Assembly (NCBI GenBank): GCA_021414205.1
Contig: JAIOOW010000002.1
Location: forward strand, 404,171-468,170
DNA length: 64,000 nt
Source: Candidatus Anderseniibacteriota bacterium
GTDB lineage: Bacteria; Patescibacteriota; Andersenbacteria; UBA10190
Reading direction: 5' to 3'
The notes beneath the pieces are model-generated. The model saw nothing but the letters and a program-made list of their open reading frames with translations, was not told the DNA's origin and made no database searches. The translations under genes and the position numbers were made by a program. Below, piece by piece: positions 10,228 to 20,014 of this stretch (within the stretch, counting starts at the first letter, position 1; every line of letters begins with the position of its first letter).

Positions 10228-13200
10228 ATGAAACGCTCGCTGGTAGCCATTGTTTTTGTTGCAGGAATAGTGCTTTCATTTCATGACGCAAAGGCGGCAG
10301 CGCCTACCTGTAACGGCCAAACAGCCACAGTATACGTAGACAGCGGAGTGATAGTAGGAGGGCCAGGAAACGGCACTACGTTTACCGGCACATTAACAGC
10401 AAGTTCCGCCTCAGTTATCGTTGGTACCAGTGGCGACGATACGATTACCGGAAGCGGATCAGCAGATACTATCTGCCCAGGCGATGGGAATGACACTATT
10501 GACGGAGGAACGGGCACAGACACTATCGCATTCACAACAAACAGCGATACGAGCGGAATTACCATCTCTATTACAGGTAGCAGCTCGGGCTCTATTACAA
10601 CTTCCACCGGAACATCAACCTTTACACGAGCGGAAAGTTTTGTGGGAACGCAATATAACGACACGTTTACCATGGGTGCAAGCGGATCGTTAACTGGAAC
10701 TGTAAACGGTGGCGCTGGGTCAGACACAATAGACTACAGTTCGCGATCAAGCGCCCTAAGCTTGAACATGTACACAGGCGTACTTACAAGCATTTCAGGT
10801 ACTGTAAGCAATATAGAAAATCTAACAGCCGGATCAGGAGCAGATACTATTATCGGAAACAGTAGCGCAAATACCCTCAACGGAAATGGCGGTAATGACA
10901 TTATATTCGGCGGAGACGGTGCGGACACGCTCTTGGGTGGTGCTGGAAAAAATATTCTGATTGGAGGAAAAGGCGCAGACACGATTACAACAGATAGCAC
11001 TTCGACCGGAGATATTGATGTTGCCGATGAAACGTCGTATTCAGATAGCTCAACCGCAAACACGACAAATCTAGGACTCATTCGAACGGAATGGACTGGC
11101 GCATCATCATATGCAAACCGAATAGCACATATCCAAGGAACATTAGCCGGGGGACTTAATTCAACAGCACAGTTTAAAGTATCAACGCTTCAATACGATA
11201 ATGCTGCAGACAGCATAAACGGAAATGCTGCGTCCGTAAAAAACTGGTATATCTCCAGCGCTACGTTCGATACAATCACTAATACATTTAGCGGAGAAAC
11301 ATCAACCGACACATCAATCCCTGTTAGCATTGCATCGTCTGCAAACCCTACCGCAGCAGGAAACGATGTAACGTTCACTGCATCGTCAACACAAACAGCG
11401 GCAACGGGAACTGTAACCGTCTACAAAGATTCCACATCGCTAGGCACATGCACCTTTTCAAGTGGAAGCTGTACGTACCTTGCGAGCGGATTAACGGGTG
11501 GTTCGTATTCTATGACTGCTGTCTATGGCGGTGATACCTCATATAGCTCAAGTACTTCGAGCGCAATCACCCAAGTTATGACAGATACAACTGCACCAAC
11601 TCTTTCAGAAGTAACGGCAGTTACAACTCCTACCAGCGACTCAACCCCAAACTACACATTCAACACCAACGAAGCTGGGACAATTACATATGGGGGCTCC
11701 TGTTCTTCTGCAACCACATCTGCGACATCGGGAAATAATACAATTACATTCAGCACATTATCGAACGGCACATATAGCAACTGTACTATTACCGTCACAG
11801 ACGCTTCCAGTAATGCTTCGAGCGCCCTCGCAGTAACAACATTTACCGTGGACGCTACAGCTCCCACTGCAGCAATCACCTACTCCATTAGTCATGCCGT
11901 AAAGTCAGGAGATTCTCTTACAATCACCGCGACATTCAATGAGGCAATGGCAGATTCCCCTGTTCCAAAGATCTCTATATCTGGAGGGAATACATTGACT
12001 GCAACAGCAATGACGAAGTCTTCTTCTACGGTATACACATACGCTGATACAGTAGGCTCAGGAAATGGAACCGCAACGGTGGCGCTGTCGACTGGAACAG
12101 ATCTTGCAGGAAACGTAATCACGTCTGCACCAACATCCGGCTCGACATTTACGGTGGATAATACGGCGCCATCCGCGCCATCAACACCGGCTCTTGCGAG
12201 CGCAGACGATACCGGCAGCTCAAATAGCGACGCTATAACAACGCAAACGTCTGGATTAACATTTACCGGTACCGCTGAATCATCCAGTACCGTACAACTA
12301 TACGATGGGGTAAGTACGACGGGAAGCTCTACAACGGCAACGGGAGGTAACTGGAGTATCGATCTTTCGCTAACAGCAGGAGCTCATACGATTACTGCAA
12401 AGGCTACAGATGCTGCAGGAAACACCTCATCCTCCTCCGCTTCATTAACAGTTACAGTAGATAGCACAGCGCCAACCGTAACGGAAGTAACGGCAGTTAC
12501 AACTCCTACCAGCGATACGACTCCCGACTACACGTTTAATACAAACGAGGCAGGAACCATAGCATACGGAGGTTCATGCTCCTCTGTAACCACCTCCGCA
12601 TCGTCGGGAAATAATACTATTACATTTAATGCCCTTGCAGACGGAGCATACACTACCTGCACAGTCCAAATTACGGACGCCGCTGGCAATATATCAACCG
12701 CCCTTACGGTAACGTCGTTTACCATCTCCACTGCAACGCTTTCATCCCCTAGTGACCCCGCAGCAAATAACGGCGGGGGCGGGGGAAGTTCTGCAGAAGT
12801 CCCAATCTCGTTGATACATGTTGCACCGCCTCAAAACTTCTCCGCAAAAGCAACGCATGGTTTTTCCATTAAAGTCTCGGACCCTGACCAGGTTAAAAAA
12901 GTAACTATGCGAATACTTGGTAAAACATATGCACTTACCCATGCACTCAAGAGCGCAACGTACAGCTTGGCCATAAAAGCTGTTATAAAAGTTACGAAAG
13001 CTGCCTATGTACTAACGATTAATTATGGATCCTACAACGTAAAACAATATGGGATACTCTCATTATTCGCACAGCCATCCCCGCTACCCTCTAATGCCCT
13101 CCTGCAGAAAGTTAACGCTCTCTACCGCCAAACATACGGGAGAAATCCGACATACGAAGAATGGCTGTATTGGTCAAATCGAGTAAAGAAAGGCGATAAA

Positions 13201-13266
13201 AAAACATCATCTGAGCTCTTAGGCGCTATGCAGTGGCAACACATGCGCGCAGCGCAAGCACATTGA
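10228..13266 (+). CDS. Large Ser/Thr-rich surface protein: RTX region, Ig-like (Big) repeats, C-terminal helical module
   Basis: Signal peptide; first ~360 aa paralogous to 9061-10158; DTTAP/TDAAGN Ig-like repeats. Confidence 0.88.
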   Translation: MKRSLVAIVFVAGIVLSFHDAKAAAPTCNGQTATVYVDSGVIVGGPGNGTTFTGTLTASSASVIVGTSGDDTITGSGSADTICPGDGNDTIDGGTGTDTIAFTTNSDTSGITISITGSSSGSITTSTGTSTFTRAESFVGTQYNDTFTMGASGSLTGTVNGGAGSDTIDYSSRSSALSLNMYTGVLTSISGTVSNIENLTAGSGADTIIGNSSANTLNGNGGNDIIFGGDGADTLLGGAGKNILIGGKGADTITTDSTSTGDIDVADETSYSDSSTANTTNLGLIRTEWTGASSYANRIAHIQGTLAGGLNSTAQFKVSTLQYDNAADSINGNAASVKNWYISSATFDTITNTFSGETSTDTSIPVSIASSANPTAAGNDVTFTASSTQTAATGTVTVYKDSTSLGTCTFSSGSCTYLASGLTGGSYSMTAVYGGDTSYSSSTSSAITQVMTDTTAPTLSEVTAVTTPTSDSTPNYTFNTNEAGTITYGGSCSSATTSATSGNNTITFSTLSNGTYSNCTITVTDASSNASSALAVTTFTVDATAPTAAITYSISHAVKSGDSLTITATFNEAMADSPVPKISISGGNTLTATAMTKSSSTVYTYADTVGSGNGTATVALSTGTDLAGNVITSAPTSGSTFTVDNTAPSAPSTPALASADDTGSSNSDAITTQTSGLTFTGTAESSSTVQLYDGVSTTGSSTTATGGNWSIDLSLTAGAHTITAKATDAAGNTSSSSASLTVTVDSTAPTVTEVTAVTTPTSDTTPDYTFNTNEAGTIAYGGSCSSVTTSASSGNNTITFNALADGAYTTCTVQITDAAGNISTALTVTSFTISTATLSSPSDPAANNGGGGGSSAEVPISLIHVAPPQNFSAKATHGFSIKVSDPDQVKKVTMRILGKTYALTHALKSATYSLAIKAVIKVTKAAYVLTINYGSYNVKQYGILSLFAQPSPLPSNALLQKVNALYRQTYGRNPTYEEWLYWSNRVKKGDKKTSSELLGAMQWQHMRAAQAH
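11581..12730 (+). repeat. Internal duplicated Ig-like domain (~11581-11850 and ~12457-12725)
   Basis: 32 bp identical (GAAGTAACGGCAGTTACAACTCCTACCAGCGA) at 11608-11639 and 12484-12515; the flanking protein sequence is near-identical. Confidence 0.9.
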
Positions 13267-13291
13267 CTTTTCATCTTCAATCCGCTACACT
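13263..13291 (+). promoter_or_regulatory. sigma70-type promoter of rnj
   Basis: TTGACT-17 nt-TACACT. Confidence 0.75.
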
Positions 13292-13299
13292 TGTAAGTA

Positions 13300-13400
13300 A
13301 TCAGTAATTTCTAGCGTAGTTGAGCCGTATTTCAGAGCCGAGACCAACCGTTCAGGATCAGAATTATACTCAAAACCGTTAGGCAAACTATTCGATTTTA
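13300..13400 (+). ncRNA. Candidate structured 5' leader RNA of rnj
   Basis: Nested pairings CTAGCG/CGTTAG, TTGAG/CTCAA, TTC/GAA enclosing GAGCCGAGACCAACCGTTCAGGATC. Confidence 0.45.
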
Positions 13401-13456
13401 CCGAATATCGCTTTTCGCAGTTTTATTATTTAAATTATCATTAAGAACAACAAAAT

Positions 13457-15400
13457 ATGAATCAAGTTCCGACGCCGCCACCAGTGCGGCCACGACAGCC
13501 AGCTGCTCCTGTTACAGGGGTTCCAAGAACTGCTACTCCAACTAAAGCGCCAGCGCGACATCCTCGCCCAGCGCGCAGGCCAGGCAATGGTCGTCCGCAA
13601 CAGGGAAACGGCGGACGCAGACAGCAAGGACGACGCCCTCATCGAGGACGCGAAAAAAGCTCTGGAATTCCATTTGGACCATCTCGGCTCCAAGAACCAG
13701 TGCTTGTAAAACAACCACCAAGAAATCCGGACGGAATGTACTTAATTCCATTAGGAGGCCTTGAAGAAATCGGACGAAACTCCGCAGCAGTTGAATACAA
13801 GGGCGACATTATTATTATCGACTTAGGATTAATGTTCCCGAACGAGAATATGTATGGAATCGACTATATCATTCCCGATATTTCCCCTCTTGCAGGAAAA
13901 GAAAAGAATATCAAAGGAGTTATCGTAACGCACGCCCATTACGACCATTTCGGTGGCGTACCTCATTTACTTCCAAAGCTTGGCAATCCGCCAATTTATG
14001 GATCCGAATTTACGATGCGACTTGTTGAAAAACGCCAAGCAGACTTCCCGATGTATGCAAAGCCGAAAGTAAACATTGTAAAACGAAAAGAAAAATTCCG
14101 ACTTGGAAAATTCGAGATTGAAACATTCCACGTAAACCATTCCGTACCAAATGCATTCGGAGTTGTAGTGCGAACTCCTGCAGGATCAATTGCATTCACA
14201 GGAGACTTCAAATTCGATACCAACCCGGTAAACGACTTGCCTGCCGACGAAGTGCATTTGCAAGAAATTGGAAAAGAAGGCGTAACTATTCTCTACACCG
14301 ATTCCACTGGAGCGGAACGAGAAGGTCACAGCCTTTCCGAAAAAGCAGTTGAGACAAACTTGGATAAGATTTTCTCTGAACATCCTAACCAGCGAATTAT
14401 CACTGCCACATTCTCTTCCATGATCGACCGCTTGCAGCAGATGGTATCTATCGCAGAAAAGCATGGCCGAAAAGTTGCTGTAGACGGATATTCTATGAAA
14501 ACGAACGTTGCTATTGCAAAAGAAATCGGATTCATGGACTTCAAACCAGGAACAATTATTACTCCCGAGGAAAGCAATAAGCTTGCTCCCGGCAAAGTAT
14601 TAATCCTTTGCACAGGAGCGCAAGGAGAAGACAATGCTGTATTGATGCGTATCGTAAATAAGGAACACAGAAGCTTAGAGATTAACGCCGGCGACGTTGT
14701 GATCTTCTCTTCTTCCGTGATTCCAGGAAACGAAGCATCAGTGCAATTGGTAAAAGACCAAATCTATCGACAAGGCGCTGAAGTAATCCATTACAAGATG
14801 ATGGATATTCACTCCGGAGGACACGGTCACCGAGACGACTTGCAGCACATGATCGATTTAGTGCAACCGAAGTTCTTAATCCCTGCGCACGGATACTTTT
14901 CGTTCAGAGCAGAGCATGCAAAGATGGCCGTTATGAACGGATTCCCTCGAAGCAACGCTCTCTTGCCAGCAAACGGCGAAGTTGTCGAAATCGTAGACAA
15001 CAAAGCTCGATTGAATGGCGAGAAATACACTATTAACCACATCATGGTCGACGGTCTTGGAGTGGGCGACGTTGGCGAAGTAGTGCTTCGCGATCGCCAG
15101 CTCTTGGCAGAAGACGGCATGGTTGTTGTTCTTGCAACCGTAGACGGGCACAGCGGCGAAATTATCGGGGACCCCGATATTATCTCCCGCGGATTCATCT
15201 ATATGAAAGAGCATCAGCAGCTGGTTGCAGAGACTCGGGAAGAAATTCGAAAAGTCATCGCAAAACATATCAGCAAGCAACATGGCACCGAACAAAATTG
15301 GGCCCATGTGAAAGAAGCAGTACGAGATGAAATCGGCACGTATCTGTTCCAGAAAACAGAACGCCGACCGATGATCCTCCCAGTCATCGTAGAAGTATAA
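13457..15400 (+). CDS. rnj: Ribonuclease J
   Basis: PLGGLEEIGRN, THAHYDHFGG, FTGDFK, HSGGH, PAHG, RRPMILPVIVEV; Pro/Arg-rich N-terminal extension. Confidence 0.96.
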   Translation: MNQVPTPPPVRPRQPAAPVTGVPRTATPTKAPARHPRPARRPGNGRPQQGNGGRRQQGRRPHRGREKSSGIPFGPSRLQEPVLVKQPPRNPDGMYLIPLGGLEEIGRNSAAVEYKGDIIIIDLGLMFPNENMYGIDYIIPDISPLAGKEKNIKGVIVTHAHYDHFGGVPHLLPKLGNPPIYGSEFTMRLVEKRQADFPMYAKPKVNIVKRKEKFRLGKFEIETFHVNHSVPNAFGVVVRTPAGSIAFTGDFKFDTNPVNDLPADEVHLQEIGKEGVTILYTDSTGAEREGHSLSEKAVETNLDKIFSEHPNQRIITATFSSMIDRLQQMVSIAEKHGRKVAVDGYSMKTNVAIAKEIGFMDFKPGTIITPEESNKLAPGKVLILCTGAQGEDNAVLMRIVNKEHRSLEINAGDVVIFSSSVIPGNEASVQLVKDQIYRQGAEVIHYKMMDIHSGGHGHRDDLQHMIDLVQPKFLIPAHGYFSFRAEHAKMAVMNGFPRSNALLPANGEVVEIVDNKARLNGEKYTINHIMVDGLGVGDVGEVVLRDRQLLAEDGMVVVLATVDGHSGEIIGDPDIISRGFIYMKEHQQLVAETREEIRKVIAKHISKQHGTEQNWAHVKEAVRDEIGTYLFQKTERRPMILPVIVEV

Positions 15401-15402
15401 GC

Positions 15403-15432
15403 AAAAAACTCCCCATATCGGGGAGTTTTTTC
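15403..15432 (+). terminator. Intrinsic terminator
   Basis: AAAAAACTCCCC-ATATC-GGGGAGTTTTTT. Confidence 0.85.
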
Positions 15433-15472
15433 ATGCGTAGCAATCGCTAACAAACCGTGCTACCGTTTATAC

Positions 15473-16477
15473 ATGCCACAAGAAACCCTTACCAACAAAA
15501 CGATTTTTTCAGGAATCCAGCCCTCTGGCATACTGCACATTGGGAACTATTTAGGTGCAATTCGGCAATGGATAAAGCTTCAACAAGACAATACAACAAT
15601 TTTCTGCATCGTCGACGAACATGCGATTACCGTTCCCTATGATCCAAAAACGCTACCAGATCGTGTACTCGACGTTGCAGCAGCATACATCGCAGCTGGC
15701 ATTGATCCGGAAAAAAGTATCGTATTCGTACAATCGAACGTAGCAGCCCATACAGAACTTGCATGGCTATTATCAACAATTGCTCCATACGGACAGATGT
15801 CACGCATGACGCAGTTCAAAGACAAATCAAAAAAATTATCTTCTAAAGACGCAATCTCTCTTGCGCTATTTTCGTACCCCGTTTTAATGGCTGCGGACAT
15901 TTTACTATACGGCACGCAAGTCGTTCCTGTTGGAGAAGATCAAAAACAACACATCGAATTAACAAGAGATATAGCAGAAAAGTTTAATTCTCAATTCGGC
16001 GAAACATTTATATTGCCAGAACCGTATATCCCTACAGACTCTGCGCGCATCATGTCACTCACCGATCCTGCAAAAAAGATGAGTAAGAGCGACGCAGAAA
16101 AAAGCTATATAGCACTTACCGACGCTCCAGATGTTATTAGAAAAAAAATAGCCGGCGCAGTTACGGATACTGAAGCGATCTTCTCGTTTAAGAAAAGCGG
16201 TCCTGCCGTGAAAAATTTACTAGCAATTTATAAAGCATTCAGCGATAAAACAGAAGAAGAAATTGAAAAACAATTCGACGACGCAACATACAAAGATTTT
16301 AAATCTGCACTTGCAGAAACAGTCATTACGACACTCGAACCGTTTCAAAAAAAATACAACGAGATCCGAAGCGAAGACACGGAACTGCGACTCATATTGG
16401 GCAAAGGCGGACACAGGGCACAGGGGATTGCGAATGCAAAACTTCACGAAGTAAAGATAAAAATGGGATTAGTGTAG
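15473..16477 (+). CDS. trpS: Tryptophan--tRNA ligase
   Basis: SGIQPSG.LHIGNY, YPVLMAADIL, VPVGEDQKQH, KMSKS. Confidence 0.97.
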   Translation: MPQETLTNKTIFSGIQPSGILHIGNYLGAIRQWIKLQQDNTTIFCIVDEHAITVPYDPKTLPDRVLDVAAAYIAAGIDPEKSIVFVQSNVAAHTELAWLLSTIAPYGQMSRMTQFKDKSKKLSSKDAISLALFSYPVLMAADILLYGTQVVPVGEDQKQHIELTRDIAEKFNSQFGETFILPEPYIPTDSARIMSLTDPAKKMSKSDAEKSYIALTDAPDVIRKKIAGAVTDTEAIFSFKKSGPAVKNLLAIYKAFSDKTEEEIEKQFDDATYKDFKSALAETVITTLEPFQKKYNEIRSEDTELRLILGKGGHRAQGIANAKLHEVKIKMGLV

Positions 16478-16508
16478 AAAAAAATCTCGCACGAAAGTGT
16501 GCGAGACA
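16478..16508 (-). terminator. Terminator oriented for a - strand transcript (may be bidirectional)
   Basis: TCTCGCAC-GAAA-GTGTGCGAGA hairpin with A7 on its left (U7 on the - strand). Confidence 0.7.
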
Positions 16509-16516
16509 GTAGTCTT

Positions 16517-16606
16517 TCAGCAATACCGATTGAACCGTATTCGATTTAAATATCTCTTTACTCTCCTCATCTTTTTGCGCACCATTGCTTTCCGACGTTT
16601 CTGCAT
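16517..16606 (-). CDS. Putative 29-aa Arg/Lys-rich peptide
   Basis: Manual translation MQKRRKAMVRKKMRRVKRYLNRIRFNRYC; GAGAAAG upstream and a terminator directly downstream. Confidence 0.5.
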   Translation of the reverse strand: MQKRRKAMVRKKMRRVKRYLNRIRFNRYC

Positions 16607-16827
16607 AGCAGTTAACTTTCTCAATTATTCCTCTCCCCAAAAGAGCTGTACTGACCTTAAAAACACACTTCCCTCCCCATAACTATATAATCCTCTTTCC
16701 AATTATTGACTAGAGCAGCACGACGATTAGGCTAAAGCAATATATTGACTTTCTTTTTTGTTCGGAACATATATACAGCAGTGCCCTTTCAACAGTTCAA
16801 TTATTTCCCACGTACGGAGACTCTCAC

Positions 16828-17211
16828 ATGCCTGCGACACTTGAACTTGTGCGACTACGTCCAACAGAAGTGACAAGCTTGGAAGAGCTGGTAAATGCAA
16901 TGATTGCTGCCGGAGAGCAAACAGAACTTACCCACCCAGGGCCCGTCATCGCAGAGTTAAAATGGTCCGAACTGACCATCATCGGCTCCGCATACCACGA
17001 TACTGCGATCAAGCGCAGAATCATCGTCAAAAACGGTTGCTACTTACCTAAGGGGCACGAAGAATTAACTAGGCTAGCCCAAGAGCTTGCATGGGCAAGA
17101 CCCTTCAAGCCCTTCGTTGTTCGATACGAACTACAAAATCGAGATCTGCGAGACATCCCTATTGCCGAGTACCGCCAAGTCATTTGGGAAAAATGCGAAC
17201 CTTGGAAATAA
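16828..17211 (+). CDS. Hypothetical protein
   Basis: 127 aa; upstream TTGACT promoter, GGAGA SD, downstream terminator. Confidence 0.65.
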   Translation: MPATLELVRLRPTEVTSLEELVNAMIAAGEQTELTHPGPVIAELKWSELTIIGSAYHDTAIKRRIIVKNGCYLPKGHEELTRLAQELAWARPFKPFVVRYELQNRDLRDIPIAEYRQVIWEKCEPWK

Positions 17212-17224
17212 TGACAGCCAGTAC

Positions 17225-17264
17225 AAGGCCTATATGCAGCGCACGTAGGCCTCTTTTTTATTTT
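17225..17264 (+). terminator. Intrinsic terminator
   Basis: AGGCCTA...TAGGCCT followed by a T-tract. Confidence 0.7.
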
Positions 17265-17288
17265 CCGAGGGGGTGTACGATTATTCGT

Positions 17289-18995
17289 ATGCAAAATAAC
17301 CTATCTCAAGAAGCGCAAAAGAACGTAGATATATGGCTTACCGATGCAAAATATGCAGAGTATAAGCCCGAGCTCGAGAAGCTCATCGCAGACGAAGACT
17401 GGAAAACTCTCGAAGATAGCTTCTTTATGACGATTCCTTTTGGAACAGGCGGGCGCCGAGGAAAAGTTGGAATCGGGTCCAACAGAATGAACAAGGCGAC
17501 AATCGGAGAATCAGCACAGGGATTGTGCGACTACGTAGTTGCGCAACTAGGAGAAGATGCGAAAAAGGCAGGCATTGTTATTGCCCACGATACCAGAACA
17601 ACATCTCGAGAGTTTGCAGAATACACAGCAAGCATTATTACTGCAAACGGATTTACGACATATTTATTTGATTCATTTCGCGCAACCCCAGAACTATCAT
17701 TTGCTGTTCGACATTTAAAAGCTGTGGCGGGTATCGTCATTAGTGCCAGCCATAACCCGCCGCAAGACAACGGCTTTAAGGCGTACTGGACAGACGGTGC
17801 GCAAATTATTCAACCGCACGATAAAGGAATTATAGATGCGGTAGAAAATGTAGCGTCCCTGCCTGACATAAAAAACAACCTGGAAGGCGTGCAGATAATT
17901 GGCAAAGAAGTTGACGATGCATACATCGCAGCAATTGCGCAAGAATCACTTTCAAAAAGCAGGTCAGCTATTATCGCATATTCTCCATTACACGGAACCG
18001 GAACAATGAGTGCGCAAAAAATTCTAGAGCACGTAGGATTTCAGAATCTGACAATTGTTGAGGAACAGGCAACGCCAGACGGATCTTTCCCCAACTTGCC
18101 AAACAATATTCCAAACCCAGAAGTACCATCTGCAAGCGAAATGGTGACGCAGTACGCAGAGCGATTGCATGCAGATATAGCAATCACCACTGATCCTGAT
18201 GCGGATCGCTTGGGCGTCGTGGTGCAAGATACCGATGGTATTTACAAACTCTTAACAGGAAATCAAATCGCAGCCCTTGCCGCATACTACGTCGCGAGCA
18301 AAGGAGCGAAAGGGTTCGTCGTTCGAACAATTGTAACTACGGACATGCTCGATGCAATTTCGGAAGATTTTGGATTAAACATATACAACAATATCCTAGT
18401 TGGCTTTAAATACGTAGCTCAGCTTATTCGCGAAAAACAAGACGAGGGCGATGAAACATTCCTAATCGGCGGAGAAGAAAGCTATGGCATGCTCAAAGGA
18501 TCATATTGCCGCGATAAAGATGCCGCAGTTGCTGCATTGCTCTTATGCGAACTTGCATCAGAACTAAAGGATCAAGGAAAAACATTAATGTGGCAATTAA
18601 ACGAGTTGTATAAAAAATATGGCGTATTCACTGAAACGCTTGCGAATATCCAATACCCAGGAGCTGATGGGTTTGCGAACATGCAACGCATCATGAAGCA
18701 GCTTCGAGAACATCCCCCTACCGATATCGCTGGAACTCCCATTACAGCAGTTGTAGATAGAGAGAAGTTTGAGGGGACCGAAAAAGGAAATGTCTTAATC
18801 TTTGAACTATCAGACGATCATCACACACGATTAACAATCAGGCCTTCCGGCACCGAACCAAAAATCAAAATCTACACACAACTTCATGCACCTGTCGACG
18901 CAGCCATTTCAGATGCAAAACTAGGAGAAGTTAAAACATCAGAACTTGCGCGAGCAAATACGCTCACCGAAGCTTTAACAAAATTGGCGCAATAA
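17289..18995 (+). CDS. Phospho-sugar mutase (phosphoglucomutase/phosphomannomutase)
   Basis: FGTGGRRG, ISASHNP, DPDADR, GGEESYG, RPSGTEPK. Start moved to ATG 17289. Confidence 0.95.
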   Translation: MQNNLSQEAQKNVDIWLTDAKYAEYKPELEKLIADEDWKTLEDSFFMTIPFGTGGRRGKVGIGSNRMNKATIGESAQGLCDYVVAQLGEDAKKAGIVIAHDTRTTSREFAEYTASIITANGFTTYLFDSFRATPELSFAVRHLKAVAGIVISASHNPPQDNGFKAYWTDGAQIIQPHDKGIIDAVENVASLPDIKNNLEGVQIIGKEVDDAYIAAIAQESLSKSRSAIIAYSPLHGTGTMSAQKILEHVGFQNLTIVEEQATPDGSFPNLPNNIPNPEVPSASEMVTQYAERLHADIAITTDPDADRLGVVVQDTDGIYKLLTGNQIAALAAYYVASKGAKGFVVRTIVTTDMLDAISEDFGLNIYNNILVGFKYVAQLIREKQDEGDETFLIGGEESYGMLKGSYCRDKDAAVAALLLCELASELKDQGKTLMWQLNELYKKYGVFTETLANIQYPGADGFANMQRIMKQLREHPPTDIAGTPITAVVDREKFEGTEKGNVLIFELSDDHHTRLTIRPSGTEPKIKIYTQLHAPVDAAISDAKLGEVKTSELARANTLTEALTKLAQ

Positions 18996-19060
18996 AAAAC
19001 GGCGACACCTTTGCAAGGTCCGCCGCGTACATTCAAATTAATTTCTGTTAGGATGATTCA

Positions 19061-19909
19061 TCAATGGACGATACCCATATTGCGCTCGAGAAAATCAATC
19101 GCGCGCTCTTCCAGATAAGCTGGATCTGAAAACATCCGCCTCCAAATCTTCGTGGCCGCAGCGATTTGCGGTATGGCGAACCCGAATGCTTCGACAGTCA
19201 GCCAACTATCATACTTGAGCTCTTTCAACATACGAAACGTAGCGTCCCAGTCGACAAGACCTTCTCCCGGAGTAGCCCTGTTGTTCTCGGAGATGTGCAC
19301 ATGCGAGACTTGATCCCAGGCGCTTGTCATTGCCACATCGATACTAGCCTCCTCGATGTTTGCATGAAACGTATCATACATGAGCCTCAAATTGGGATGA
19401 TTAATTCTGCGAGTAAAGGCTGCTGCGCTCCCCACATCCGTGAACATGTAACACTCGAACCGATTAAGCGCCTCGAGCGCCAAAACAACCCCCTTCGTTC
19501 CGGCATGATCGGCGACTTCTGCGAGGCAATCCTTGCACCACATCATCTCTTGGTCAGTTGGCCCCGCGCCAGTGAACTCACCAAGAGCTGAATGCATTGG
19601 CCCGCACAGGATTCTCGCCCCAGCAGCGTCTGCGCAATCCACTGCCAACTTCAACGAGGTAACCGCTGCTGCGCGAACTTCCGGTTTTGGAGAAACTGGA
19701 TTTGTGGCCGCAGTACAGATAGTCACCGCGGTGCGCTCCAACCCAATTTCGTCCAGCATCTTGCCAGTTGCGGCATAACCAGGAACAACTCCTCCAAGAA
19801 TCGGCAGCTCCACACCGTCGTACCCAAACTTTCGAATCCTTTCGAGGACCCCCCTGTGCTCTGCAGTAACCTCGAATGTGTGCAACAGCATGTTCATTCC
19901 GTACTTCAT
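19061..19909 (-). CDS. Sugar phosphate isomerase/epimerase (D-psicose/D-tagatose 3-epimerase family)
   Basis: GYDGVE, LEALNRFE, YDTFHANIEE, HVHISENNR.TPG.G, VEAF. Confidence 0.9.
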   Translation of the reverse strand: MKYGMNMLLHTFEVTAEHRGVLERIRKFGYDGVELPILGGVVPGYAATGKMLDEIGLERTAVTICTAATNPVSPKPEVRAAAVTSLKLAVDCADAAGARILCGPMHSALGEFTGAGPTDQEMMWCKDCLAEVADHAGTKGVVLALEALNRFECYMFTDVGSAAAFTRRINHPNLRLMYDTFHANIEEASIDVAMTSAWDQVSHVHISENNRATPGEGLVDWDATFRMLKELKYDSWLTVEAFGFAIPQIAAATKIWRRMFSDPAYLEERAIDFLERNMGIVH

Positions 19910-20014
19910 CGCTTTCAACCCTTTCGTATGGCGTGTAAAAATAGCAAACTGCCAACATGGCAGTGTGCAATATATAGCACACTAATGTATCTCAGTCAAC
20001 GTCTTCAAAAATGA

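Noticed and set aside
9061-12730. Repeats as DGR template/variable pair or CRISPR
   Set aside because: Differences are mostly synonymous and not adenine-specific, there is no reverse transcriptase, and no regularly spaced short repeats occur
8948-13266. tRNA-Leu as the integration site of an island carrying the RTX genes
   Set aside because: No integrase and no duplicated tRNA 3' end were seen, and the genes use the host-type leaderless promoters
16759-16769. TGTTC-G-GAACA palindrome as an SOS/LexA box
   Set aside because: Orientation and spacing do not match known boxes, and no similar motif was found upstream of recA, uvrA, uvrB, uvrC or ruvA
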